A stretch of DNA of 64,000 bases from Burkholderiales bacterium (GTDB lineage Bacteria > Pseudomonadota > Gammaproteobacteria > Burkholderiales > SG8-39). Of the stretch, positions 29,942 to 42,509 are shown in pieces (position 1 is the stretch's first letter; every line of letters starts with the position of its first letter). The notes beneath the pieces were generated by a model. The model saw only the letters and a program-made list of their open reading frames with translations, made no database searches and was not told the DNA's origin. The DNA lies in contig JAOAEA010000011.1 of NCBI GenBank assembly GCA_026417035.1, positions 7,902-71,901 on the forward strand, given 5' to 3'. Both the position numbers and the translations under genes were made by a program.

Positions 29942-31066
29942 ATGCGAAGCCGGCTGTTGGCCGTGGCGCTGCTCGCAGCCACGCTCGCCGCGTGCGGCGA
30001 GGAAAAGAAGACCGCGCCGCCCGGGCCCGAGGTGTCCGGCGAGCAGGTGTCGTTCGCACCCGGCAGTCCGCAGGTCGCCGCCATCCGCGCCGAAGCCGTC
30101 CGGGCAGGCGAGCCGATGATGGTGCGGCTGCCCGGGCGCCTCGTCTGGGACGAGGACCGCACGGTGCGCGTCTATCCCGCCTTCGCGGGCCGGGTCACGC
30201 GGATCGTGGCGAAGGTCGGCGACGCCGTGAAGCCCGGGCAGACGCTCGCGCTCATCGCCTCCCCCGACTTCGGCGAGGCGCAGGCGGACGCCGGCAAGGC
30301 CGCAGCCGATCTCGCGCTCGCGCAGAAGAACCTCACCCGCCTGCGCGAGCTCGTCGAGAACGGGGTGGCCGCGCGCAAGGAGCTGCAGGCCGCGGAGGCG
30401 GACTTCGCGCGCGCGCAGGCCGAGGCGGCGCGCGCTGCGGCCCGCGTCAGGCTCTACGGCGGCGGCAGCGCGGTGGACCAGAACCTCGTGCTCGCGGCGC
30501 CGGTCGCCGGCGTCGTCGTGGAGCGCAACGTCAATCCGGGGCAGGAGCTCCGGCCGGACGTGGCGATGGCGAACCAGCCGGCGCTGTTCGTCATCACCGA
30601 TCCCTCGCGGCTCTGGCTGCAGCTCGACGCGACCGAGCGCGACCTGCCGCTGCTCGCGGCGGGCAAGACGGTGCGCATCCGGTCGAGCGCCTACCCGGAG
30701 GAGACGTTCACGGCGCGCCTCGACGTCGTCTCCGACTTCATCGACCGGGAGACGCGGACGATCAAGGTGCGCGGCTCGCTCGACAACGCGGATCGCCGCC
30801 TCAAGGGGGAGATGTTCGTCACGGCCGAGCTCGAGGTCCCGCCGGTGGCGGGCTTCGCGGTGCCGGCGAAGGCGGTGTTCCTGATCGGCGACCGCTATTT
30901 CGTGTTCGTCGAGGAGGCGCCGGGCCGCTACGTCCGCAGGCAGGTGCAGGCCGGGCCGGAGCGGGGCGGCAAGGTGCCGGTCGCGCGCGGGCTCGCGGAC
31001 GGCGACCGCGTGGTGGTGGACGGCAGCCTGTTCCTGCAGCAGATCTTCGCCGCCGCGAAACGCTGA
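29942..31066 (+). CDS. czcB: RND efflux periplasmic adaptor (CzcB/CusB-like), lipoprotein
   Basis: Lipobox LAAC and barrel-sandwich hybrid motifs. Start at ATG 29942 within ORF 29294..31066. Confidence 0.85.
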   Translation: MRSRLLAVALLAATLAACGEEKKTAPPGPEVSGEQVSFAPGSPQVAAIRAEAVRAGEPMMVRLPGRLVWDEDRTVRVYPAFAGRVTRIVAKVGDAVKPGQTLALIASPDFGEAQADAGKAAADLALAQKNLTRLRELVENGVAARKELQAAEADFARAQAEAARAAARVRLYGGGSAVDQNLVLAAPVAGVVVERNVNPGQELRPDVAMANQPALFVITDPSRLWLQLDATERDLPLLAAGKTVRIRSSAYPEETFTARLDVVSDFIDRETRTIKVRGSLDNADRRLKGEMFVTAELEVPPVAGFAVPAKAVFLIGDRYFVFVEEAPGRYVRRQVQAGPERGGKVPVARGLADGDRVVVDGSLFLQQIFAAAKR

Positions 31067-31087
31067 GCGCGGGGCGCCGCCCGACCG

Positions 31088-34000
31088 ATGATCAAGCGCA
31101 TCGTCCACTTCGCCCTGCACCAGCCGCTCTTCGTGGTGCTCGGCCTGGCGCTCTTCGTCGGCGCGGGCATCGCGGCGTTCAGGTCGCTGCCGATCGAGGC
31201 CTTCCCCGACGTCACCGACACGCAAGTGAACGTCATCACGCTCTACCCGGGGCGCGCGGCGGAGGAGGTGGAGCGGCAGGTCACGATCCCGCTCGAGGTC
31301 TCGCTCGCCGGCATCCCGAACGCGGTGCGGATGTTCTCGCACACGCAGTTCGGCCTCTCGTTCATCATCCTCACGTTCGACGACAAGCCGACCCCGTATT
31401 TCGCGCGCCAGCAGGTGATCGAGCGGCTGCGGGAGGCGGACCTCCCGGAGGGCGTGAAGCCGGAGCTCGCGCCGCTTTCGACGCCGATCGGCGAGGTCTA
31501 CCGCTACCGGCTGAAGTCCGACGGCCACGACTCGCGCGACCTGCGCACGATCCAGGACTGGGTGGTGATGCGGCAGCTCAAGCTCATCCCCGGCGTGGCC
31601 GACGTGGTGAGCCTCGGCGGGCTCATCAAGCAGTACGAGGTCAACCCCGACCTCGCGCGGATGCGCGACTACAAGGTCACGCTGCACCAGCTCGCCACCG
31701 CGCTCGAGCGCGGCAACGCGAACGCGGGCGGTGGCTACACCGAGCAGGGGCGCCAGCAGTATCTCATCCGCGGCATCGGCCTCCTGCGCTCGGCCGACGA
31801 GATCGGGACGATCGTCGTCACCGAGCGCGACGGCGTGCCGGTGCTCGTGCGGGACGTCGCGCAGGTGACCATCGGGTCGGTACCGCGGCAGGGGATCGTC
31901 GGCCAGGACGCGGACGACGACGTGGTGACCGGAATCGTCCTGATGCGCAAGGGCGAGAACCCCTCGCAGGTGCTCGAAGCGGTCAAGGCGCGGGTGGCGC
32001 AGCTCAACGCCGGCGGCCTCGAGCCCGGTGTGCAGATCGTGCCCTTCTACGACCGCACCTGGCTCATCGGCAAGACCCTGAGGACGGTGTTCGGCAACCT
32101 CGTCGAGGGCGCGCTCCTCGTCACCATCGTGCTGGTGATCTTCCTCGGGAATTTGCGCGCCGCGTTCATCGTCGCGGTCATCATCCCGCTCTCGCTCCTC
32201 GGCACCTTCCTCGGCCTCACGATCGTCGGCATCCCGGCGAACCTGCTCTCGCTCGGCGCGATGGACTTCGGGATCATCGTGGACGGCGCCGTGATCGTCG
32301 TCGAGAACGTCTACCGGAGGCTCACCGAGGAGGCGAACGACCGCGTCCCGCGCCTGCAGAAGATCCTCGAGGCGACGGTGGAGGTCGGGCGGCCGACGCT
32401 CTTCTCGATGCTCATCATCATCGCGGCGCACATCCCGATCTTCACCCTGCAGCGCCACGAGGGCCGCATCTTCCAGCCCATGGCGTGGTCGGTCACCTCG
32501 GCGCTCGTGACCTCGCTCGTGCTCTCCCTGACGCTCGTGCCGCTGCTCTGCTACTGGCTGCTGCGCAAGAACCTCCCGCACGAGGAGAACCGGGTCATCC
32601 ACTGGGCGAAACGGGTGTACGAGCCGGCGCTCGCCTGGTCGCTCGACCACCGCCGGATCGTGATCGGCACCGCGGTCGCTGCCCTCGCCGCGAGCCTCGC
32701 GCTCGCCGCGCGGCTCGGCACCGAGTTCCTGCCGGAGCTGAACGAGGGCTCGGTGTGGGTGAACGTGCCCTATCCGCCGAGCGTGTCCGTGCGCGAGGCG
32801 CAGGACATGAACCGGACGATCCGCGCCGAGCTCCTCTCGCTCCCCGAGGTGAACAGCGTGATCTCCAAGGCGGGGCGCCCGGAGGACGGCACGGACCCGA
32901 AGCTCATCAACATGGCGGAGTTCCTCGTGGACCTCAAGCCCGAGTCGGCCTGGCGGCCCGGGTACACGAAGCGCCGGATCCTCGACGAGATGGAGGAGCA
33001 CCTCGAGAAGCTCCCCGGCGTGGACGCGAGCTTCTCGCAGCCGATCCGCGACAACGTGCTCGAGTCGATCTCGCAGATCGACGGGCAGATCGTGATCAAG
33101 GTGTTCGGCGACGACCTCGCGGTGCTGCGCGAGCTCGCCACCCGGACGCTCGCCGCGGTGCGCGACGTCGAGGGCGTGTCGCGCGCGTTCGTCGACCGGC
33201 TGGGCGAGCTGCCGCAGATCCAGATCCGCATCGACCGCGCCGCGGCGGGGCGCTACGGCCTCAACGTCGCCGACATCGAGGAGGCGGTCGAAACGACCCT
33301 CGGCGGCCACGTGGCCACCCAGCTCTGGGAGGGCGAGCGCCGCTTCGACGTGGTGCTGCGGCTGAAGGGCGACGAGCGCACGCTCGCGAAGATGCAGGAC
33401 GTGCTCGTGACCGCGCCCTCGGGCGCGCACATCCCGCTCTCGCAGGTGTCCGAGTTCCGGACCGTCGGCGGCAGCATGAACATCAGCCGGGAGAACGGCA
33501 GGCGCGTGCTCTCCATCGGCATCTTCATCAAGGACCGCGACATGGGCAGCGTGGTCGCCGACATGAAGGAGCGCGTCGCGGAGAAGGTGACGCTGCCGCC
33601 CGGCTACACGATCACCTGGTCCGGCGAGTTCGAGAACCAGGAGCGCGCGATGGCGCGGCTCGCGATCATCGTGCCGATCTCGGTGCTCATCATCTTCCTC
33701 TTCCTCTTCGACGCGTTCCAGTCGTTCAAGAGCGCGCTGCTCATCATGCTCAACATCCCGTTCGCGCTCATCGGCGGGATCGTCGCGCTCTACGCGACCG
33801 GCATCCCGCTCTCGGTCTCGGCCGCGATCGGCTTCATCGCGCTCTTCGGCCAGGCCGTGCTGAACGGCGTGGTGATGGTGGCCTACTTCAACCAGCTGCG
33901 CAGCGCCGGCATGCCCCCGCGCGAGGCCGTGATGCGCGGCTCGCTCGTGCGGCTGCGCACGGTGCTCATGACGGGGCTCCTCGCGATGCTCGGCCTCCTG

Positions 34001-34174
34001 CCGATGGCGCTCTCGCACGACATCGGGTCGGAGACGCAGAAGCCCCTTGCCGTCGTCGTGATCGGCGGGCTCATCTCGGCGACGCTCCTTACGCTCATCG
34101 TCCTGCCGACCCTGTACCTCGTCTTCCAGCAGTTCCGGCGCCACAAGCACCGGCCGCACCCGCGCGCGGCATGA
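31088..34174 (+). CDS. czcA: Heavy-metal efflux RND transporter, CzcA/CusA family
   Basis: 1028-aa, 12-TM RND protein. N-terminus MIKRIVHFALHQPLFVV... is typical of the HME-RND family. Confidence 0.92.
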   Translation: MIKRIVHFALHQPLFVVLGLALFVGAGIAAFRSLPIEAFPDVTDTQVNVITLYPGRAAEEVERQVTIPLEVSLAGIPNAVRMFSHTQFGLSFIILTFDDKPTPYFARQQVIERLREADLPEGVKPELAPLSTPIGEVYRYRLKSDGHDSRDLRTIQDWVVMRQLKLIPGVADVVSLGGLIKQYEVNPDLARMRDYKVTLHQLATALERGNANAGGGYTEQGRQQYLIRGIGLLRSADEIGTIVVTERDGVPVLVRDVAQVTIGSVPRQGIVGQDADDDVVTGIVLMRKGENPSQVLEAVKARVAQLNAGGLEPGVQIVPFYDRTWLIGKTLRTVFGNLVEGALLVTIVLVIFLGNLRAAFIVAVIIPLSLLGTFLGLTIVGIPANLLSLGAMDFGIIVDGAVIVVENVYRRLTEEANDRVPRLQKILEATVEVGRPTLFSMLIIIAAHIPIFTLQRHEGRIFQPMAWSVTSALVTSLVLSLTLVPLLCYWLLRKNLPHEENRVIHWAKRVYEPALAWSLDHRRIVIGTAVAALAASLALAARLGTEFLPELNEGSVWVNVPYPPSVSVREAQDMNRTIRAELLSLPEVNSVISKAGRPEDGTDPKLINMAEFLVDLKPESAWRPGYTKRRILDEMEEHLEKLPGVDASFSQPIRDNVLESISQIDGQIVIKVFGDDLAVLRELATRTLAAVRDVEGVSRAFVDRLGELPQIQIRIDRAAAGRYGLNVADIEEAVETTLGGHVATQLWEGERRFDVVLRLKGDERTLAKMQDVLVTAPSGAHIPLSQVSEFRTVGGSMNISRENGRRVLSIGIFIKDRDMGSVVADMKERVAEKVTLPPGYTITWSGEFENQERAMARLAIIVPISVLIIFLFLFDAFQSFKSALLIMLNIPFALIGGIVALYATGIPLSVSAAIGFIALFGQAVLNGVVMVAYFNQLRSAGMPPREAVMRGSLVRLRTVLMTGLLAMLGLLPMALSHDIGSETQKPLAVVVIGGLISATLLTLIVLPTLYLVFQQFRRHKHRPHPRAA

Positions 34175-34315
34175 TCCCGCCACACGGCGTGGGCTACCGC
34201 GACGCATTGTTTTGCAAGCACTTTTCAGCGCCAACCCGGTCGAGTGCCCCGGCTCGGCCTGACCCGCGGGGCTTCCCGTGCGGCCGGCGTGGCGTCCTGC
34301 GGGCGCGCGGGCGGC

Positions 34316-34345
34316 TTGTCGGGACGAGCAGTTTGCGAATAGAAT
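34316..34345 (+). promoter_or_regulatory. Candidate sigma70 promoter of rpsU (TTGTCG-18 nt-TAGAAT)
   Basis: Hexamers at 34316..34321 and 34340..34345, about 40 nt upstream of the rpsU ATG. Confidence 0.4.
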
Positions 34346-34385
34346 TCAAAGCTTTCCGACGTCCAGCTCCGAGATCCGAGGTTTC

Positions 34386-34598
34386 ATGCCGACCGTCCGC
34401 GTCAAAGAAAACGAGCCCTTCGAGGTTGCGCTCCGCCGCTTCAAGCGGACCGTGGAGAAGACCGGGCTCCTCACCGAGCTCCGCTCCCGCGAGTTCTACG
34501 AGAAGCCGACGCAAGCCCGCAAGCGCAAGCTCGCCGCGGCGATCAAGCGTCACTTCAAGCGCATCCGCAGCCAACAGCTGCCGCAGAAGCTCTACTAG
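34386..34598 (+). CDS. rpsU: 30S ribosomal protein S21
   Basis: [42 protein letters not shown]... is a canonical S21 sequence. Confidence 0.97.
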   Translation: MPTVRVKENEPFEVALRRFKRTVEKTGLLTELRSREFYEKPTQARKRKLAAAIKRHFKRIRSQQLPQKLY

Positions 34599-34614
34599 GA
34601 GCCGGCGCTTCCGA

Positions 34615-34650
34615 CGCGAAGGCCGCGGGGCGCGCGCGCGAGCCTTCGCG
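34615..34650 (+). terminator. Stem-loop downstream of rpsU (possible attenuating terminator)
   Basis: CGCGAAGGC (34615..34623) pairs with GCCTTCGCG (34642..34650), followed by a weak GCTTTCT tract. Confidence 0.35.
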
Positions 34651-34761
34651 CCGTCGTGCTTTCTGGGCGCCCTGGACGGCGCCAACGCGAAGGACGCCGA
34701 GGCAGAGCACGACCGCCTCGTCCCCTCCCCGCGCGACGGCGGAGCATTCGAGGCAAGGCGT

Positions 34762-34802
34762 GATTCCCGGCGCCGATCGCTGACCCCGACCCCGGATTCC
34801 CG
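34762..34802. repeat. CCCCGA/ATTCCCG-type repeat cluster abutting the yqeY-like start codon
   Basis: GATTCCCGGCGCCGATCGCTGACCCCGACCCCGGATTCCCG immediately followed by ATG at 34803. Confidence 0.6.
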
Positions 34803-35252
34803 ATGTCCCTGAAGGCACGGCTCAGCCAGGACATGATCGCGGCCCGCAAGGCGCGCGACGAAGTGCGCAAGGCCGCGCTCGAGTCGATCCTCACGGCGGT
34901 GAAGCAGCGCGAGGTGGACGACCGCAAGGAGCTCACCGACGCCGAGGTCCTCGCGATCGTCGAGAAGCTGCTCAAGCAGAGACGCGAGTCGATCGCGGGC
35001 TACGAGCAGGGCGCCCGCGCGGACCTCGCCGAGCGCGAACGCGCCGAGGCGGCGGTGCTCGCGGCCTACCTGCCGCAGCAGCTCTCCGAGGCGGAGATCG
35101 CGGCCGAGGTGGACGGGGCGATCGCGGCGGCGGGCGCGGTCGGGCCGCAGGACATGGGCAAGGTCATGGGCCTCCTCAAGACGAAGCTCGCCGGCCGGGC
35201 CGACATGGGCCGGGTGTCCGCGGCGGTGAAGGGGAAGCTTTCGGGCCGGTGA
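34803..35252 (+). CDS. GatB/YqeY domain-containing protein
   Basis: MSLKARLSQDMIAARKARDEVRKAAL... and GPQDMGKVMGLLKTKLAGRADMGRVSAAVK are typical of the YqeY family. Confidence 0.9.
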   Translation: MSLKARLSQDMIAARKARDEVRKAALESILTAVKQREVDDRKELTDAEVLAIVEKLLKQRRESIAGYEQGARADLAERERAEAAVLAAYLPQQLSEAEIAAEVDGAIAAAGAVGPQDMGKVMGLLKTKLAGRADMGRVSAAVKGKLSGR

Positions 35253-35549
35253 GGCACCGGCCTTGCGCTCCCGCGGGAATGGCCTATAAAGCCTGAATGG
35301 GCGGCCCGGCGAAGGGCGCACGCCGGGCGGGGGAGGCGGGACGGGCGAAGGGCGCCGCGCCGCCGCACGCAGAGACTGACAGGCTGTTGAAAAACGCTTC
35401 CCGGCACGCTCCGACGGCGACGACGACCGGCCCGCTCGAGAGGAATCGTCTATCAACGGCCCCTGAATCAGGGGGTCGATGGGGATGTGCCCCCTGTTCC
35501 AACACCCTGCCAACGCGCACCGTCTAGCGCAGGATCGCGCACCGCGAGA

Positions 35550-37343
35550 GTGATTCCGGAGTCGTTCAAGCAGGCGCTGCTCGCGCGGGTCGATCTCGTC
35601 GACGTGATCGACGCGCGCGTGCCCTTGAAGAAGGCCGGCGCCAACTTCACGGCGTGCTGCCCGTTCCACACGGAGAAGACGCCTTCCTTCACCGTGAGCC
35701 CGGCGAAGCAGTTCTACCACTGCTTCGGCTGCGGGGCGCACGGCAACGCGATCTCGTTCCTGATGGAGTACGGGGGCCTCGGCTACGTCGAAGCCGTGCG
35801 CGAGCTCGCCGAATCGGTCGGCATGCAGCTCCCGGCCTACGAGGAGAGCCGCGCGAGGCCCGCGCCCGGCCCCGACCTCTACGAGGTGATGGAGCGTGCG
35901 GCGAAGTACTACCGCGACAGCCTGAGGCGTTCGCCCCAGGCGATCGAGTACCTGAAGGGCCGCGGGCTCGAAGGGCGCACGGCCGCCCGCTTCGGGATCG
36001 GCTATGCCCCGGCCGGCTGGCAGAACCTGGAGGCCGTGTTCGCGAATTACGCCGACAAGGCGCTCGCCGAAGCGGGCCTCGTGATCGCGAACGACGAAGG
36101 GCGGCGGTACGACCGATTCCGCGACCGCATCATGTTCCCGATCCTCGACCAGCGGGGCCGCGTGATCGGATTCGGCGGGCGCGTGCTCGCCGGCACGGAC
36201 GGCCCGAAGTACCTGAACTCGCCCGAGACGCCGCTCTTCGAGAAGGGGCGCGAGCTCTACGGCCTCGCGCAGGCGCGCGAAGCGATCCGCTCGAGCGGGC
36301 GCGTGCTGGTGGTGGAGGGCTACATGGACGTCGTGATGCTCGCGCAGCACGGCGTCGAGAACGCGGTCGCGACGCTCGGCACGGCCACCACGCCGCTCCA
36401 CGTGCAGAAGCTCCTGCGCCAGGCCGCCGAGGTGGTTTTCTGCTTCGACGGCGATGCGGCGGGCCGCAAGGCCGCGTGGCACGCGCTCGAGGTCAGTCTG
36501 GGGGTTCTCTCGGATGCGGCGACGATCCGCTTCCTCTTCCTGCCGCCGGAGCACGACCCGGACTCGTTCGTGCGCGAGCGCGGGCGCGACGCTTTCGAGG
36601 CGGCGCTGCGCGCCGCCGAGCCGCTCTCGGCCTTCCTCGTCGCCGAGCTGCGGTCGCGGGCGAACCTCGGCACGCCCGAAGGACGCGCGCGGCTCGTGCA
36701 CGAGGCGAAGCCGCTCCTCAAGCGCGTCGCGGCACCGGCCCTGCAGTTCCAGCTCATGCGGGCGCTCGCAGACCTCGCCGGCATGACGGCCGCGGAGCTC
36801 GCGCGGCTCGCCGAGATCCGCTCGCCGGCCGCATTCGCCACGCGCGGGACGGCGGCGCCGGCGCCGCAGCGTGGCGGGCACGGGCTAGACCGCAAGCTCG
36901 AGCGCGACATGCTGCGCTGCCTGCTCGCCAAGCCGGAGCTCGCGCGGGAGCTCCCGGAGGGCCTTCGCCTCGGCGCTCATCCCGAGGCCGAGGCGCTCGA
37001 GGTCTTTGCCCAGCTCGCCCACGAGAGCGAGCAAGCGCTCACGTCCGCGGTGGTCATCGAGCGTTTCCGGGAGACACCGCTCGCCGGTTTGATCGCCGAG
37101 CTCCAGGGCCGTAGCCTGGAGCTGGGGCACGACGAGGGGGCGGCCGAGGGCGAATTCCGCGGCGCGCTGCAGCAGCTGCACATCCGCGAGCTGAAGGAGC
37201 GATCCCGGGAGCTCGAACGCAAGGCCGGCGCGGTCGGGCTCACGCCCGCCGAAGAGCGGGAGGTCGCGAGCCTCGCCGCCGCCATCCACGAGGCCCAAGC
37301 CGCCTTGCGGCGAGGCGGGGCGGCCCCATCTAAGGTGCTATAA
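35550..37343 (+). CDS. dnaG: DNA primase
   Basis: [20 protein letters not shown], zinc finger [14 protein letters not shown]...[26 protein letters not shown] 35550 chosen by alignment with the E. coli N-terminus. The ORF is open from GTG 35487. Confidence 0.9.
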   Translation: MIPESFKQALLARVDLVDVIDARVPLKKAGANFTACCPFHTEKTPSFTVSPAKQFYHCFGCGAHGNAISFLMEYGGLGYVEAVRELAESVGMQLPAYEESRARPAPGPDLYEVMERAAKYYRDSLRRSPQAIEYLKGRGLEGRTAARFGIGYAPAGWQNLEAVFANYADKALAEAGLVIANDEGRRYDRFRDRIMFPILDQRGRVIGFGGRVLAGTDGPKYLNSPETPLFEKGRELYGLAQAREAIRSSGRVLVVEGYMDVVMLAQHGVENAVATLGTATTPLHVQKLLRQAAEVVFCFDGDAAGRKAAWHALEVSLGVLSDAATIRFLFLPPEHDPDSFVRERGRDAFEAALRAAEPLSAFLVAELRSRANLGTPEGRARLVHEAKPLLKRVAAPALQFQLMRALADLAGMTAAELARLAEIRSPAAFATRGTAAPAPQRGGHGLDRKLERDMLRCLLAKPELARELPEGLRLGAHPEAEALEVFAQLAHESEQALTSAVVIERFRETPLAGLIAELQGRSLELGHDEGAAEGEFRGALQQLHIRELKERSRELERKAGAVGLTPAEEREVASLAAAIHEAQAALRRGGAAPSKVL

Positions 37344-37387
37344 TCTCGCCCTTTTTTCCAACCATCCCACTTCGGCCAGGAACCCCA

Positions 37388-39718
<2,331 letters not shown>

Positions 39719-39740
39719 CGCCGCGGCCGGTTCCGGGAAC

Positions 39741-39773
39741 GACGCCCCGCCCGAGCGCGGGGCGTCCTTTTTT
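39741..39773 (+). terminator. Rho-independent terminator after rpoD
   Basis: GACGCCCCGC-CCGAGC-GCGGGGCGTC followed by CTTTTTT. Confidence 0.8.
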
Positions 39774-39972
39774 CCGGCGCGCGCGCCGCTGTCCTCGGGC
39801 CGCGGGGTGCGCAGGCGACGCCGAGTTGGACGAGAATCCGCAGCGGCCGGTACGGCGCCGCCGTCCGCGGGCCGGGAGCCGGGATTCGCCTCAGGGCGCG
39901 GCTCCGCGTCTTGCCCGGCGAACGCGGCCGCCGGCCGGGCGCGGGACCGGAATCATCTGACGGGCGGCAGAC

Positions 39973-41361
39973 ATGGCTCACTTCGACTACGACCTCTTCG
40001 TGATCGGCGGCGGATCGGGCGGCGTGCGCGCGGCGCGGATGTCCGCGGGCTACGGCGCGCGCGTCGCCATCGCCGAGGAGCACCGCTACGGGGGCACCTG
40101 CGTGATCCGCGGCTGCGTGCCGAAGAAGCTCTTCGTCTATGCGTCGCACTTCCGCGACGAATTCGCGGACGCGCGCGGCTTCGGCTGGACGCTCGGCGAG
40201 CGCTCGTTCTCCTGGCCCGCGCTCGTCGCCGCGAAGGACCGGGAGATCGCGCGCCTCGAGTCGGCGTATCGCGGGCTTCTCGAGAAGGCCGGCGTGACGG
40301 TGCTCGCCGGGCGCGCGCGCCTTCTCGATCCGCACACGGTCGAGCTCGGCGGGCGGCGCCTGAGCGCGCGCTACATCCTGGTCGCCACCGGCGGCCGGCC
40401 CTTCGTGCCGGACATCCCCGGCCGCGCGCTCGCGATCACATCGGGCGAGGCGTTCCACCTCGCCGAGCTGCCGCGGCGGATCGTCGTCGCCGGCGGCGGC
40501 TACATCGCGGTGGAGTTCGCCGGCATCTGGAACGGGCTCGGCGCCGAGACGACGCTCGTCCACCGCGGCACGGAGATCCTGCGCGGATTCGACCACGACG
40601 TGCGCCGCTTCCTGCACGCGGAGATCGCGAAGAAGGGCGTGCGCGTGCTGCTCGGCACCGAGGTGCGCTCGCTCGAGCGCCGCGACGGCGCGATCGCGGC
40701 GCAGCTCGCCAGCGGGGAGACGCGCCTCGCCGACGCGGTCATGTTCGCCACCGGCCGCGTGCCGAACACCGAAGGGCTCGGGCTCGAGGAAGCGGGCGTC
40801 GCGCTCGCGGCCGACGGCTCGGTGCGCGTCGATGCGCACTCGCGCACGAGCGCCGCGAGCGTCTACGCGATCGGCGACGTGACGCATCGCCTGCAGCTCA
40901 CGCCGGTGGCGATCCGCGAGGGCGCCGCCGTCGCCGCGACGCTCTTCGGCGGGAGGCCGACGCCGGCCGACCACGAGAACGTGCCGACGGCCGTCTTCAG
41001 CCAGCCGCCCGTCGGGACCGTCGGGCTCACCGAGGAGGCGGCGCTCGAGCGCTACCCGGAGCTCGAGATCTACCGCACCGATTTTCGCCCGATGAAGGCG
41101 ACGCTCTCCGGATCGAGCGAGCGGACGTTGATGAAGCTCGTGGTGGACCGCGCCACGCAGCGCGTCGTCGGCGCGCACATGGTGGGCAACGACGCGCCGG
41201 AGATCATCCAGGGCATCGCGATCGCGGTGAAGGCGGGGCTCGCGAAGTCCGATTTCGACGCGACCGTCGGCATCCACCCGACCGCCGCCGAGGAGTTCGT
41301 GACGCTGCGCGACAAGGTGGTCGTGACGCGCGCGGCGGCCGCGGCGGGCACCCCGATATAA
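39973..41361 (+). CDS. gor: Glutathione-disulfide reductase
   Basis: [15 protein letters not shown], redox-active [14 protein letters not shown]-terminal HPTAAEEFV dimerisation/His-Glu motif. Confidence 0.9.
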   Translation: MAHFDYDLFVIGGGSGGVRAARMSAGYGARVAIAEEHRYGGTCVIRGCVPKKLFVYASHFRDEFADARGFGWTLGERSFSWPALVAAKDREIARLESAYRGLLEKAGVTVLAGRARLLDPHTVELGGRRLSARYILVATGGRPFVPDIPGRALAITSGEAFHLAELPRRIVVAGGGYIAVEFAGIWNGLGAETTLVHRGTEILRGFDHDVRRFLHAEIAKKGVRVLLGTEVRSLERRDGAIAAQLASGETRLADAVMFATGRVPNTEGLGLEEAGVALAADGSVRVDAHSRTSAASVYAIGDVTHRLQLTPVAIREGAAVAATLFGGRPTPADHENVPTAVFSQPPVGTVGLTEEAALERYPELEIYRTDFRPMKATLSGSSERTLMKLVVDRATQRVVGAHMVGNDAPEIIQGIAIAVKAGLAKSDFDATVGIHPTAAEEFVTLRDKVVVTRAAAAAGTPI

Positions 41362-41412
41362 TCCGCCGCCGTTTCGCCGTGGCGCGGCGAGCGCCGCTCC
41401 CGGCGCGTCGAA

Positions 41413-41485
41413 GGGCCTGTAGCTCAGCGGTCAGAGCAGGGGACTCATAATCCCTTGGTCCCTGGTTCGAATCCAGGCGGGCCCA
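41413..41485 (+). tRNA. tRNA with anticodon CAU (Ile2/lysidine-type more likely than elongator Met); CCA not encoded
   Basis: Cloverleaf with acceptor GGGCCTG/CGGGCCC, anticodon loop ACTCATAAT and T-arm CCTGGTTCGAATCCAGG. The anticodon stem and variable region (GACTCATAATC..TTGGTC) resemble E. coli ileX more than metT. Confidence 0.85.
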
Positions 41486-41526
41486 CACTCCGGAACTCGG
41501 CTCTGGCCGTGCGCAGTGTCCGTCCC

Positions 41527-42372
41527 TCACCCGAGCGCCGCGGTCGCGTCCATCGCGAGCGCACCCTCGTGGTCGCGCGCCCAGAGCCGTACCGTTGTCC
41601 CGTCGGCCTCGGGCGCGCCGCACACGTCGAACGCCTGCGTGTCGAAGAGCGGCCGGACGGCCCTGAACGCGAAACGCGCGATGCGCGCGCCGGGCAACAC
41701 ATCGGCGAGGAGGTCGAGGAGCAGCGTCGCGATGAGCGGTCCGTGCACCACGAGCCCGGGATAGCCCTCGACTTGGGTGGCATAGCGCCGGTCGTAGTGG
41801 ATGCGGTGGCCGTTGAACGTGAGCGCGGAGTAGCGGAAAAGCAGGACGTCATCGGGCATCCAGCGCTTCGTCCACGCCGCCGGCTCCGGCGCGCGCTGCG
41901 GCGCGGGCGGCGCGTCACCCGCCTTCGGCGCATCGCGATAGACGATGTCGTGGCGCTCGGTGAGCGCGACCTCGGCCTCGTCCGCGCGCCGGATCTCGTG
42001 GCGCACCCGCACGAACACGAGCGCGCCGCTGCGCCCCGTCTTCGCGGTCACGTCCTCGATGGTCGAGGTGCGCATGACGGAGTCGCCGACGAGGATCGGC
42101 CGGTGGAACGCGAGCTCGCCCCCGGCCCACATCCGCCGCGGCAGCGCGACGGGCGGCAGGAAGCCGCCGCGCCGCGGATGGCCGTCCGGGCCGAGCTCGG
42201 AGCGGCGGACGACGGGCAGGAAGTAGAGCCAGTGCCACAGCGGCGGCAGCGGTGTGCCCGGCGCGGGCCGGTCCGCGCTGCGGTCGAGCGTGGCCGCGAG
42301 GGCCGCGAACGGCGCGGCGGTCACGACGTCGGCGACGGTCTCCGACCGGCCGACCCAGTCTCTCGGATCCAT
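41527..42372 (-). CDS. MaoC/HTD2-family acyl dehydratase (3-methylfumaryl-CoA hydratase-like)
   Basis: PLPPLWHWLYFLP motif, hot-dog fold C-terminal half (LFRYSALTFNGHRIHYD...GLVVHGPL). Start at ATG 42372 within ORF 41527..42603. Confidence 0.75.
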   Translation of the reverse strand: MDPRDWVGRSETVADVVTAAPFAALAATLDRSADRPAPGTPLPPLWHWLYFLPVVRRSELGPDGHPRRGGFLPPVALPRRMWAGGELAFHRPILVGDSVMRTSTIEDVTAKTGRSGALVFVRVRHEIRRADEAEVALTERHDIVYRDAPKAGDAPPAPQRAPEPAAWTKRWMPDDVLLFRYSALTFNGHRIHYDRRYATQVEGYPGLVVHGPLIATLLLDLLADVLPGARIARFAFRAVRPLFDTQAFDVCGAPEADGTTVRLWARDHEGALAMDATAALG

Positions 42373-42509
42373 GCTGGGCGCTCCTCCAGGTTCCGCTCGT
42401 GTCGCCGGGATTCTCGCAGGCGAATCCGGTGGCCGCTGTGCACGTTCGCGGGCGAAAGCCGCGGGCGGCGTCTTCGGCTGCGGCGAACGTTTCGGGCGGA
42501 GCTTCCCGC

